From NCBI GenBank assembly GCA_964597345.1, contig CAZQXK010000007.1, positions 6,099-70,098 on the forward strand: a stretch of DNA of 64,000 nt. The letters run 5' to 3'. Shown piece after piece: positions 37,333 to 46,129 of the stretch (position 1 is its first letter; every line of letters starts with the position of its first letter). This DNA comes from an uncultured Thermodesulfobacteriota bacterium. Lineage in GTDB: Bacteria; Desulfobacterota; Desulfarculia; JACQYL01. The notes under the pieces are model-generated. The model had not been told where the DNA came from, did not search any database, and saw only the letters and a list, made by a program, of their open reading frames with translations. Position numbers and translations under genes: made by a program.

Positions 37333-39326
37333 GAATCCTCCTCTTCCCCGAGGATCAACGTGCAGGCTTCCACACCCTTGAGGGATACTCCCGGAGCCGG
37401 TTCCTGACGGATCACGGATCCTCCGCCTTGCAGGGATATTTCCACTCCGCGGAGACTCAGTATGCTCAAGGCGCTGCGCACATCCAAGCCCAGCAGATAG
37501 GGCATGACCCCGGATTCGGCGTCCAGGGAACTTGCCGACTCCGCCGGATGGATCACCGGGAAAGGCTCACGGGCCGGGGCGGCGGCGGAGTCGATTTGTC
37601 GTTGAACGAGATAGACGCCTTGCGGTTTAACCCCCATATAGGAAATGACGTGTTCCATGATGTTCCTGAACACCGGTGCGGCCACCAGACCGCCGTATAC
37701 GGACTTGCGGGGTTCGTCGATCATGACCAGCAAGGCCACGGGCGGCTTCCCGTCCGGGAAAAAGCCCATGAAAGAGGACACGAAGTCGGTACGGGAGTAG
37801 CTGCGCGTCCTGGGATCCACTTTCTGGGCCGTACCCGTTTTTCCGGCCACGGAATATCCCTGGATGGCCGCCCGGGTGCCGGTGCCTCCCTCCCGCACCA
37901 CCTTCTGAAGCATGACGGCCATGTTTTCCGCGGCTTCCCGGGAAATCACCCGGCGCATGATCTCGGGTTCAAAGGTCTGAACCACGTTGCCGTCCCTGTC
38001 TTCGATCCGGCGCACCATTCGGGGTCGGACCAGGGCGCCGCCGTTGGCAATGGCGCACAGGGCCGTGATTTGCTGAATGGGTGAAATGCTGACTCCCTGG
38101 CCGAAGGCGATGGTGGCGAAGTCGATGGTGGCCCAGGAGTTCTCGGGACGAAGAATTCCCCGGCATTCTCCAGGGAGATCGACGCCGGTGGGGGAACCGA
38201 ACCCGAATTGAGTCAGACCCGAATACAGCAGATTCTTCTTCATCCGCATACCCACCTTCAGGGCCCCGATGTTACTGGATACCTGGATGATTCCCGGCAA
38301 CGTCAGCCATCCATGCTTGTGGGTATCGCGAACCGTGTGTCCTCCCACCTGAAATCTGCCGTTCTCGCAGTAGATGAGTTCATCGGTGCCGATCAGTCCG
38401 TTGTCGAGCGCCAAGGCGGCCGTAAACACCTTCATGGTGGAACCGGGTTCGAAGGCGTCCACCACGACCCGGTTCCGGCGGGTTGAAGCGGAAAACTCCC
38501 GGAACCGGTTCGGATCGTAAGACGGATACACCGCCATGCCCAGGATTTCACCCGTCGCCGGTTCCATCATCACCGCCAGGCCGGCCCGAGCCTTTTGTTC
38601 GATCACCGCATCCCGCAACGCACGTTCCATGCGGTATTGGATGGTCTTGTCCAGGGTGAGCACCAGTCGGAGTCCCGTTTGTTCCGGGCGTTCCTCGGCT
38701 TCGTGCCTGGAAACCGTCCTGCCCAAACGGTCCCGGTGCACTCGAATACGACCCTCCTCACCACGCAATACCTGATCGTACAGGAGTTCCAAACCTTCCA
38801 GACCGTGATCGTCCATCCCCACAAAGCCCAGCGCGTGGGCGGCCAGTTCCTGATTCGGATAATATCGCTGGGCTTCCGGGACAAACCCCAAACCCGGCGC
38901 GCCGAGTTTCAGCACCTCCGCCTTCTGGTACGGCGTGAGCTTCCGTTGGATCCAAACAAAACCCCGATCGCTCGAAAGTTTCCGGTAAGTCTCTCCGTAA
39001 TCCACGTACAGCAGGGACGCCAGCTTCCGGGCCAGTTGTTTCGGCTCTTCCACCCGCCTGGGCTCGGCGTACAGCGAATACACTTCCACGCTGGAGGCAA
39101 GCTTCCTCCCCTTGATATCCACAATATCGCCCCGGCGCGGCATCAGGGTGACGGCCCCCGTATACTGGCGCCGGGCCAGTTCGGCCAACCGTTCCCTCTG
39201 AACCACCTGAAGACGGCCTGCCTGGAACAACGCAAGCCCGAAACAAACCAACACCAGGCACCAAACGACGACCATACGAGTCCGCAGCCGTTGGCCCCAT
39301 TGTCGTTTATGGGCGGAGGAATTCAT
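37329..39326 (-). CDS. ftsI: peptidoglycan D,D-transpeptidase FtsI (PBP3) with C-terminal PASTA-like extension
   Basis: N-terminal TM, PBP dimer domain, transpeptidase motifs (STMK, SSN, KTGT). Confidence 0.9.
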   Translation of the reverse strand: MNSSAHKRQWGQRLRTRMVVVWCLVLVCFGLALFQAGRLQVVQRERLAELARRQYTGAVTLMPRRGDIVDIKGRKLASSVEVYSLYAEPRRVEEPKQLARKLASLLYVDYGETYRKLSSDRGFVWIQRKLTPYQKAEVLKLGAPGLGFVPEAQRYYPNQELAAHALGFVGMDDHGLEGLELLYDQVLRGEEGRIRVHRDRLGRTVSRHEAEERPEQTGLRLVLTLDKTIQYRMERALRDAVIEQKARAGLAVMMEPATGEILGMAVYPSYDPNRFREFSASTRRNRVVVDAFEPGSTMKVFTAALALDNGLIGTDELIYCENGRFQVGGHTVRDTHKHGWLTLPGIIQVSSNIGALKVGMRMKKNLLYSGLTQFGFGSPTGVDLPGECRGILRPENSWATIDFATIAFGQGVSISPIQQITALCAIANGGALVRPRMVRRIEDRDGNVVQTFEPEIMRRVISREAAENMAVMLQKVVREGGTGTRAAIQGYSVAGKTGTAQKVDPRTRSYSRTDFVSSFMGFFPDGKPPVALLVMIDEPRKSVYGGLVAAPVFRNIMEHVISYMGVKPQGVYLVQRQIDSAAAPAREPFPVIHPAESASSLDAESGVMPYLLGLDVRSALSILSLRGVEISLQGGGSVIRQEPAPGVSLKGVEACTLILGEEEDS

Positions 39327-39661
39327 GGCAACCTTACAATTTGATCGGGGGTAGGGGGTTTGAGCCCCAGTTGCGTAACGGCGATGCGTTCAATGCGTTG
39401 CGGGGACTTCAAATTGGCCACTTCCACTTCCAGTCGCCTCCCGTTTTCCCGCTCCCGCTTAATCTGTTCTTCCAGCAATGAAATCTCGTACGTCAACACC
39501 CGGCACTTTTCCGTCAACCACACATTGGCAAAGGCCGCGGCGAGCAGGATGGCCAGGAAGAGCAGGGAACCGACCAGGGACCCCCACTGTATCTCCCGCC
39601 GAACCTTCTTTCCCGCGGGGTTCCGTCCCTTATCCGCGGCGGCGGCTCTTTTCGCACTCAT
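39323..39661 (-). CDS. ftsL: cell division protein FtsL
   Basis: 112-aa bitopic coiled-coil protein between rsmH and ftsI. Confidence 0.7.
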   Translation of the reverse strand: MSAKRAAAADKGRNPAGKKVRREIQWGSLVGSLLFLAILLAAAFANVWLTEKCRVLTYEISLLEEQIKRERENGRRLEVEVANLKSPQRIERIAVTQLGLKPPTPDQIVRLP

Positions 39662-39664
39662 GGG

Positions 39665-40600
39665 TTACACCCGTTCGCACGCTCTCAAGCGGGCGCTGCG
39701 GCTCCGGGGATTCGCTTCCCTCTCGGCGGCCGAGGGCTTCAACGGTTTGGGAGTCAGAAGACGGAACAATCTGCGGCCCCTGCACGTGCATCGGGGCATA
39801 GACTTGGGACACACGCAGTCCCGGCTCCAATCCTGCATGCGATGCTTGACCAATCGATCTTCCAGGGAATGGTAAGCGATCACCGCCAGTCTCCCTTCCG
39901 GCTCAAGCCATTCGGGCGCCCGCTGGAGGAAGCGTTCCAGGTGTTCCAATTCGTCGTTCACTGCGATGCGAAGGGCCTGGAACACCCGTGTGGCCGGATG
40001 AATGGAACCCTTTCGGAATCGGGCGGGAACCGCTTCCGCGAGGACCCGGGCCAGATGCGCCGTAGTCCGGATGGGAGTGCGTCGCCGTTCCAGGACGACG
40101 GCTCGCACCATGCGCGAAGCCCAGCGTTCTTCCCCGTATTCACGGAATATGCGGAGCAATTCGGCGGCCTCGGCGTCATTCACCAGGTCCGCGGCCGTCC
40201 GCGTCCGACTCCGGTCGAAACGCATGTCCAGGGGTCCATCGAATCGGAAACTGAAGCCCCGATCCGGATCGTCCAGGTGCGCGGAAGAGACCCCCAAGTC
40301 CAACAAGATCCCATGGGCGCGGGGAACATTAGCCAGAAAAAACACCTCGTCCAACCGATCGTAGGGCTTCTGAAAGAGCAGAAACTCCTTCGATACGCCG
40401 GACAGACGTTCCCGTGCGCGATTCAGCATACGTTCATCCCGGTCCAGTCCGAGAAGCAGCCCTCTCGTTCCCAGTTTTCCCAGCACGGCGGCGGCGTGAC
40501 CGCCCTCGCCCACGGTACCGTCCACGTAAACACCGTCCTCCCGGATACGAAGACAGTCCAGCGTTTCAGGTAATAAAACCGGCCGATGAACCGTTCTCAT
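39665..40600 (-). CDS. rsmH: 16S rRNA (cytosine1402-N4)-methyltransferase RsmH/MraW
   Basis: MRTVHRPVLLPETLDCL..DGTVGEGGHA SAM-binding motif. Confidence 0.9.
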   Translation of the reverse strand: MRTVHRPVLLPETLDCLRIREDGVYVDGTVGEGGHAAAVLGKLGTRGLLLGLDRDERMLNRARERLSGVSKEFLLFQKPYDRLDEVFFLANVPRAHGILLDLGVSSAHLDDPDRGFSFRFDGPLDMRFDRSRTRTAADLVNDAEAAELLRIFREYGEERWASRMVRAVVLERRRTPIRTTAHLARVLAEAVPARFRKGSIHPATRVFQALRIAVNDELEHLERFLQRAPEWLEPEGRLAVIAYHSLEDRLVKHRMQDWSRDCVCPKSMPRCTCRGRRLFRLLTPKPLKPSAAEREANPRSRSARLRACERV

Positions 40601-40607
40601 GAATGGC

Positions 40608-41049
40608 TCAAAATCCGAGCTTCTCCGCGCCTTCCATCAAGAGAGTCTCATTGTCCCGGCCTGCCTCAATGGTGGTTTCCCACTTGGTGCGATCCCAGAT
40701 TTCAAAATTATTCAGCATGCCGGCCAATACCACCTCTTTTTCCAATTGTGCGTATTGCCTCAAATTGCTGGGAATCAAGACGCGGCCCTGTTTGTCGGGC
40801 GCGCATTCCATGGCGGAAGAAATAAAAAGACGAATGAAATCACGATAGCGGCGATCAAAGATGGGGAGAGCGGCGGCTTTTTCCTCAATGATTTTCCATC
40901 GGTCCGGGGCAAAGGCCATGAGACAGGAAGTTCCGTGGGTGATGATTACGCTGCCTTCTCCACGGTCATTGAGGGTATCGCGGAACCGTGCGGGAATGGC
41001 GAGCCGGCCTTTTTGATCGATGGTATGGATGCTGAGGCCCCGGAACATC
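40608..41049 (-). CDS. mraZ: transcriptional regulator MraZ
   Basis: MFRGLSIHTIDQKGRLAIPARFR; two MraZ repeats; start at Met22 of the track ORF. Confidence 0.9.
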
Positions 41050-41101
41050 TCCCCACTTTCTTCACCCAGGTGACACTTTATACCACCTTTCCCCACCTGC
41101 A

Positions 41102-41130
41102 AGCATAAATAGGCCCCCGGTGGCTGTCAA
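41102..41130 (-). promoter_or_regulatory. candidate Pmra promoter TTGACA-17-TATGCT
   Basis: Minus strand reads TTGACAGCCACCGGGGGCCTATTTATGCTTGCAGG. Downstream TGGGG/TGGGT repeats are possible MraZ boxes. Confidence 0.35.
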
Positions 41131-41151
41131 GCTAAAAACGCTTTTGCAATC

Positions 41152-42153
41152 CTATCGGTTCTTTTTCTGAAATGTGGCCACGTATCGGTTGTGTTCGGCC
41201 AAAGTGCGGGAAAATCGGTGGGAACCGTCGTTGGCGGACACGAAGTACAGGAAGTCCGTATCCGCGGGGTTCAGCGCGGCCCGGATGGATGCTTCGCCGG
41301 GGGCTCCGATGGGGCCCACGGGAAGCCCCCGGCGTGTGTATGTATTGTACGGGGAATCCACGGTGAGGTGCGCCCGGGTGATCGGACCGTCGAAATCCTC
41401 CAGCCCGTACACCGCGGTGGGGTCGGACTGAAGGCGCATGCCCTTCCGGAGCCGGTTCCAGAACACGGAACTCACCAGCGCCCGTTCCCCGTCCAGTCCC
41501 GTCTCCTTCTCAATGAGCGAGGCCAGGGTCACGACTTCCCGGGGAGACAATCCCATCTCCCGGGAACGCTCCCGGTAGGCGTCAAACACTTTGCGCCACT
41601 GGTTCGCCATGGTCCGGACGACGAGGTATGGATCGGTCTTCCGCTCGAACAGATACGTTTCCGGAAAGAGATACCCTTCCAAGGTGGGACCGGGCACCCC
41701 GAGAGAGGACACGAAATCCGGATCACCCGCCGCATTCCGGAAGCCTTCCTCCGAAGTCACTCCCAGCAAGGCCAGTTGCCGCGAAATATCCCGGAGCGTC
41801 GAGCCCTCGGGAATGACCACCTTGACCCGATACACATCCCCCCGGAGGAACATGTCGAGCATGATCCCCGGACTAAGGTCCGGAGTGAGCCGGTATTCCC
41901 CCGCCTTGACGGACCGGGTCCGGTCCGTGGCCCGGGCGTATACATTCAGCTTCCAGGGGGAACGCAGCAACCCGAGATCCGCCAGCTCCCGGGTCACCGT
42001 GCTGAATCCCACGCCTTTCCGGATTTCCAGGAACACCGCATCCTGGCCGTTCCCGGCCGGAGTGTCCAGATAGGACCGCCAGTGCAGCCACACCAGGCAC
42101 AGGGACAGGATCGCCGCCAGCGCCGGCGGGAATCTTTTGCCGAAGCGCCTCAT
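41152..42153 (-). CDS. mltG: endolytic murein transglycosylase MltG (YceG-like)
   Basis: Starts MRRFGKRFPPALAAILSLCLVWL (N-terminal TM) followed by a YceG domain; the track's N-terminal extension is encoded by the MITE and is rejected. Confidence 0.85.
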   Translation of the reverse strand: MRRFGKRFPPALAAILSLCLVWLHWRSYLDTPAGNGQDAVFLEIRKGVGFSTVTRELADLGLLRSPWKLNVYARATDRTRSVKAGEYRLTPDLSPGIMLDMFLRGDVYRVKVVIPEGSTLRDISRQLALLGVTSEEGFRNAAGDPDFVSSLGVPGPTLEGYLFPETYLFERKTDPYLVVRTMANQWRKVFDAYRERSREMGLSPREVVTLASLIEKETGLDGERALVSSVFWNRLRKGMRLQSDPTAVYGLEDFDGPITRAHLTVDSPYNTYTRRGLPVGPIGAPGEASIRAALNPADTDFLYFVSANDGSHRFSRTLAEHNRYVATFQKKNR

Positions 42154-42155
42154 AT

Positions 42156-42329
42156 CAGTCCGTTGATAACCATGATTGCGTGCAGGCCGGTGCAAAACGA
42201 CGATATGCAAGCCACGCCTTTGACGTGGCGAATCCTGAGAAATGAGGCGTACATGCAGCACGCCCCAACGACCCGGGATGAAACCTCACGCCGAAGGCGT
42301 GAAAGCAGATCGCGTTTTTCAACGGCATG
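42156..42329 (-). mobile_element. MITE-like structured repeat, copy 2 (orientation B, 174 bp)
   Basis: Reverse complement aligns along its length with copy 1 and copy 6. Flanked by ATAT/ATAT. Begins 2 nt upstream of the mltG ATG. Confidence 0.75.
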
Positions 42330-42350
42330 ATATCCGTCCTCCTCCGCGTG

Positions 42351-43268
42351 TCAGCGCAAGGAAGCCACATACGCCGCCAGCCCGTCCGCCAACAGGCCGG
42401 CCATCATGAGCAGGCCCGTCACCAGGTGGGCCTTGATGGTCAGGGCCTGCACCGGCACCATACCCTTGTGGTCCCGGTACGTCCGGCCCAGCAGACGGAT
42501 CGCCTTGTAGGAAAGGGGAAACGCCCCCAGCGCCAGGAGAAACCAGGGCGTGTAGCGCTCCATGAAGGAAAACAGGATCACCGTGGGGTAAGGCAGGAGC
42601 ACCAGGACCGCATAAACATGCCGGCTCGCATCGAGACCCAGCCGAACCACCAGGTTGCGCTTGCCCGTATCCCGGTCGGCCTCGAAATCCGGGAACTGGT
42701 TGATCCAGATGACGGCCGTGATGAGATATCCGCTGGGGAACCCCAGCAGGAAGGCCCCGGCATCCAGCGCTCCGGTGATCGCCAGAAACGTTCCGAAAGT
42801 AAGGAACGGGCCGAAAGCCAGGAAGATGGTCAGTTCTCCGGCTCCCCGGCTCATGAGGCGCACGGGCTGGTAGGAATACAGCAGACCGGCAAGAAGCCCC
42901 AGAAGCCCCACCAGCAGGACCCCGCATCCCTTCCAGATTCCCAGAAGAATCCCCATAAGAACCGCGGTCCCGAAAAAAGCGAGACTCAATCGAAACACGG
43001 TGTTCCGGGACAGGCCGTGCTCCTGGATCACGCGGCTCCCGCCGCTGAAGGGCGTAATTCTCCGGTTGATCCGGTCCGTGCCCGGAGCGTCGTAGTAATC
43101 GTTGATCAAGTTGGCGGCCACGTGCAGGCAGGCCACGCCCACCGCGGCGAGCAGCAAGGGCAACGCCTCGAAACGGTCCAGGCGCCATGCGTACAAACCG
43201 GCCAGCGCCACGGGCGTCATGGAGCCCGTAAGAAAAGGAAGCCTGAGACCGATCCAAATGGGATGCAT
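42351..43268 (-). CDS. UbiA-family prenyltransferase, MenA-like (1,4-dihydroxy-2-naphthoate polyprenyltransferase)
   Basis: NDYYDAPGTDRINRR Asp-rich motif; 8-9 TM helices; start taken at MMHPIWIG (the track's N-terminal extension is low-complexity). Confidence 0.7.
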   Translation of the reverse strand: MHPIWIGLRLPFLTGSMTPVALAGLYAWRLDRFEALPLLLAAVGVACLHVAANLINDYYDAPGTDRINRRITPFSGGSRVIQEHGLSRNTVFRLSLAFFGTAVLMGILLGIWKGCGVLLVGLLGLLAGLLYSYQPVRLMSRGAGELTIFLAFGPFLTFGTFLAITGALDAGAFLLGFPSGYLITAVIWINQFPDFEADRDTGKRNLVVRLGLDASRHVYAVLVLLPYPTVILFSFMERYTPWFLLALGAFPLSYKAIRLLGRTYRDHKGMVPVQALTIKAHLVTGLLMMAGLLADGLAAYVASLR

Positions 43269-43534
43269 CATCTGCCTGTCCGACCCTCCACGGCCCGATG
43301 GTTGCTCGACGGGAACCGCCCGAGGGACCCCTCGGCGGCGGGCCGCGGGGTCCCTCGACCTGCTGAAAGGGTATCCACCCGGATACCGGGGGTCAAGCGG
43401 ATCCGGGAAACTGCTCTGCAAAAAAGGGGACCTTGGGTCACGGCGCCCCGTTTTCAACCGTATCGAGGGACGGAAATCGCTTCACTCCGAAACCGATGCC
43501 GAATACTCGGGGGAGAAATCGCCTGGACGAGAAG

Positions 43535-44149
43535 CTATCGGGTATCCGTTGTAGGTCTTCTCGGAAAGAGGGCGTCGATATCGCCTCGCACCGTATCCAG
43601 CCACTCCCTTCGTTGCGCTTCCGTGCTCGTGACCACCACACGGAACATCCGCCGGTGGAAATCCGAAACGCCGCAGAGGCCGAAGATACAGTTTTTCCAA
43701 AGGGTTTCCAGCGGGTCTCCAAAGACCTCCCGTTCCCGGTCCGCTCCGGTATTGGACGTATTCAAGACCAAGGCCGTTCGGGCTTTCAGGAGCCCCTTGG
43801 GTACTCCTTCCCCGGAATCGCCTTCCAGAAACTCATACGCGATACCCGGGCGAATGACTCGATCCACCCATCCTTTCAGAATGGCGGGGGGTTGGCCCCA
43901 CCAGTTCGGATGCACGATGACGATTCCCTCGGCCTCGGCGATCCGCCGGCCATGCTCCGCTATGGCTTCGGGCAGGGAAGCATTCCGGGGAATTTCGTCC
44001 CGGGTGAGCACCGGGTCGAACCGTTCCCGGTAGAGGTCGTGGAAGAACACCGCCCGGCCGTTGCGTTCCAACTGCGTGACCGCGGTTCGTGCAATGGCAT
44101 GATTGAAACTGTCCGCATCGGGATGGGCGAGAATGACGGATACCGCCAT
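43535..44149 (-). CDS. flavodoxin-like NAD(P)H dehydrogenase (quinone)/FMN reductase, KefF/MdaB-like
   Basis: MAVSVILAHPDADSFNHAIA ... IVIVHPNWWGQPPAILKGWVDRV. Confidence 0.75.
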   Translation of the reverse strand: MAVSVILAHPDADSFNHAIARTAVTQLERNGRAVFFHDLYRERFDPVLTRDEIPRNASLPEAIAEHGRRIAEAEGIVIVHPNWWGQPPAILKGWVDRVIRPGIAYEFLEGDSGEGVPKGLLKARTALVLNTSNTGADREREVFGDPLETLWKNCIFGLCGVSDFHRRMFRVVVTSTEAQRREWLDTVRGDIDALFPRRPTTDTR

Positions 44150-44174
44150 GGGAAAGGAAGCCTCCTCCGGGTGT

Positions 44175-44260
44175 CGGCCCGTCGATGCACCGTATTGCGG
44201 GCGGGCCGGTTAGAAACCATGTGATGAGGCGTACCGTACGCTGCAATGACGAAGATCGCC
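44175..44260 (-). mobile_element. MITE-like repeat, copy 3 (truncated, about 85 bp)
   Basis: Retains the 3' TIR region (CGGCCCGTCGATG..GCGGGCGGGCCGGTTAGAAACCATGTGATGAGGCGTAC) but lacks the remainder. Confidence 0.55.
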
Positions 44261-44311
44261 GTATAGAATGGTTAATTGCTGTATCACCCCAACGTTACTT
44301 GGACTTCAAGA

Positions 44312-45310
44312 TTAAACCGTTATGGACCGGCGTGCATAAATGATACCCATGAGAATGAGCAACGTTACGATCCATCCCAAGATATATGCGGCCATAGCAC
44401 GCTTGGCCGTCTCCTTCTCCAGCCAGGTGCGTGGGCGAATTCCCTTGACGAAGAAGATTATTTTGCCGGCCAGGTTGACGCACACTATGTTCACGGCCAA
44501 TAACAAACCGGCGCCAACCGCCAAGCTGATGTTTCCCTGTCCCAACATGAGCCCCATCGTCGCCGCAGGGGGAAGCAGAGCCACGGCAACCATGACTCCC
44601 ACGAGTACGCTCGATAGACCCGTGGTGAGAGAGAGCGCCGCTGCCGCGCCCGATGCAAGGGCCAGAGCGACGGAATCCATACTGGCTGCGGTGCGTGACA
44701 TCAGTTCAGGACTGGTTACGTCCAGATGCCAGATTGAACCGTTACCCGCGAATCCGATGGCCGCAGAAAGGAACAGCGCCAGCAGAATACCCGCCAGAAA
44801 TGTTTCGACGGACTTCCTCATCAAGGAGATATCCCCCAATGCCGTCCCCAGACTCAAGGCAAGGTTCGGACCCAGCAACGGTGCAATGACCATGGCCCCG
44901 ATCACGACGGCAACGTTGTTCTTGATGAGGCCTATGGCGGCCACCACCGTCGAGAGGACAACCAGCACCAGAAAATTCAAGTCCAGCCGCGTATTCTTTT
45001 CTACCTCCTGATAGAGCGCTTCCCGTGCGGAGGTCGCCGATTTCTCTTGCTTTCGCTTCTCTTCTTCCGTCTTGGGAAGAGATACTTCTACAGCCAAAAC
45101 CACAATTCGTGCGGTATGTTGAGCACCGAGGACACTTTGCAGCATGTCCAGAACGGGCTGGAGCTTGTTGTCGTCTACCAGCATACGCATCTGCCTCATG
45201 CCGTCTTCACCCACCGAACCGAGCCTGACATCCTGCGCTTTTGCCTTTTGTGCTATCTTTACAATCGTCTTCGAACTGCTCTCTTCGGCGATCACTTCTA
45301 TATATTTCAT
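44312..45310 (-). CDS. DUF389/TIGR00341-type integral membrane protein
   Basis: N-terminal soluble domain plus C-terminal polytopic region (VVIGAMVIAPLLGPNLALSLG). Confidence 0.7.
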   Translation of the reverse strand: MKYIEVIAEESSSKTIVKIAQKAKAQDVRLGSVGEDGMRQMRMLVDDNKLQPVLDMLQSVLGAQHTARIVVLAVEVSLPKTEEEKRKQEKSATSAREALYQEVEKNTRLDLNFLVLVVLSTVVAAIGLIKNNVAVVIGAMVIAPLLGPNLALSLGTALGDISLMRKSVETFLAGILLALFLSAAIGFAGNGSIWHLDVTSPELMSRTAASMDSVALALASGAAAALSLTTGLSSVLVGVMVAVALLPPAATMGLMLGQGNISLAVGAGLLLAVNIVCVNLAGKIIFFVKGIRPRTWLEKETAKRAMAAYILGWIVTLLILMGIIYARRSITV

Positions 45311-45445
45311 CTTGGGTCCTTCCTAAGCCGTCACCAGGATGTTGTAGCTATGGAGGTTTACCTCAAGTATGCTGATTTCTCGCCGTTACGCAAGGCGTAG
45401 CTCAAGGGCGAAAAAAGATCCCGGCAAAAGGGTTCCCAGGCTTAA

Positions 45446-45629
45446 CAGCCCGTTGATGAAACTATTGGGGGCAGGCCGGTTGAAAACCATGTGATGCAAG
45501 CCACGCCTTCGGCGTAGCCGATCCTGAGGAATGAGGCGTACAACCCGTACGCCGCAATGACGAAGGATACAAGTTACGTCAAAGACGTGATCGGCGGGGT
45601 GAAAGCGGATCGCGGTTGTCGACGACCTG
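45446..45629 (-). mobile_element. MITE-like structured repeat, copy 4 (orientation B, 184 bp)
   Basis: CAGCCCGTTGATGAAAC ... GCGGATCGCGGTTGTCGACGACCTG; central core GGCGTACGGGTTGTACGCCTCATTCCTCAGGAT is identical to copies 1 and 6. Confidence 0.75.
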
Positions 45630-45726
45630 TCAGGCACACGTTTCCCGGTGTCTGCTCCATTCCGACATCATGAGATGCCTTGTAACCTATTTATATTACT
45701 TGGTATTTGTCTATTGTCAAACCCCG

Positions 45727-45755
45727 TTGACTTTGGGAAGCAGAGCATTTATTGT
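45727..45755 (+). promoter_or_regulatory. sigma70-like promoter TTGACT-17-TATTGT upstream of hicB
   Basis: In an AT-rich segment about 35 nt upstream of the hicB start. Confidence 0.3.
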
Positions 45756-45789
45756 GACTTAATGAGTTATTTTTTCAGGATATTTTGAC

Positions 45790-46026
45790 ATGACCAGCTA
45801 TACGGCCAAATACACAAAGATCCCTTCCGGATACATGGGCCAGATAGTGGAGTGGCCCGAGGTTGTCACCGAGGGAAAGGACCTGGAAGAATGCAGGGCC
45901 ATGCTCCGGGACGCTCTCCATGAAATGGTGCTTGCCTACCGCCAAACCGGCCAGGAGGTTCCTGTCGGAAACGCCCTCATCGAGCAGCTTCCCATAGAGA
46001 TCGAGCGTGTCGGTCAAACAACGTGA
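45790..46026 (+). CDS. hicB: HicB-family (UPF0150) type II antitoxin
   Basis: 78 aa, MTSYTAKYTKIPSGYMGQIVEWPEVVTEGKDLEECRAMLRDALHEMV matches the HicB/UPF0150 fold. Confidence 0.6.
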   Translation: MTSYTAKYTKIPSGYMGQIVEWPEVVTEGKDLEECRAMLRDALHEMVLAYRQTGQEVPVGNALIEQLPIEIERVGQTT

Positions 46027-46072
46027 TCTGGTCCGATACCTGGAGCAGCATGGCCGGCGCGAGGATCAATAA
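46007..46072 (+). pseudogene. truncated/frameshifted hicA toxin remnant (21 codons)
   Basis: GTG-initiated frame overlapping the hicB stop reads MSVKQRDLVRYLEQHGRREDQ*. HicA proteins begin MKQRDLIK.LE..GW. The reading frame is lost right after the HG. Confidence 0.3.
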
Positions 46073-46129
46073 CCAGACTGCAGCCGACTTAAGGACAAGC
46101 ATGCTCGGGCGCCTCCGACGCAGCGCGGC

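Noticed and set aside
42155-42370. ORF-track minus ORF 42155..42370 and N-terminal extensions of mltG, GNAT 49175..49747, plus ORFs starting at 26529, 49642 and 54708
   Set aside because: All begin inside copies of the intergenic repeat; similar peptides recur only because the DNA repeat recurs.
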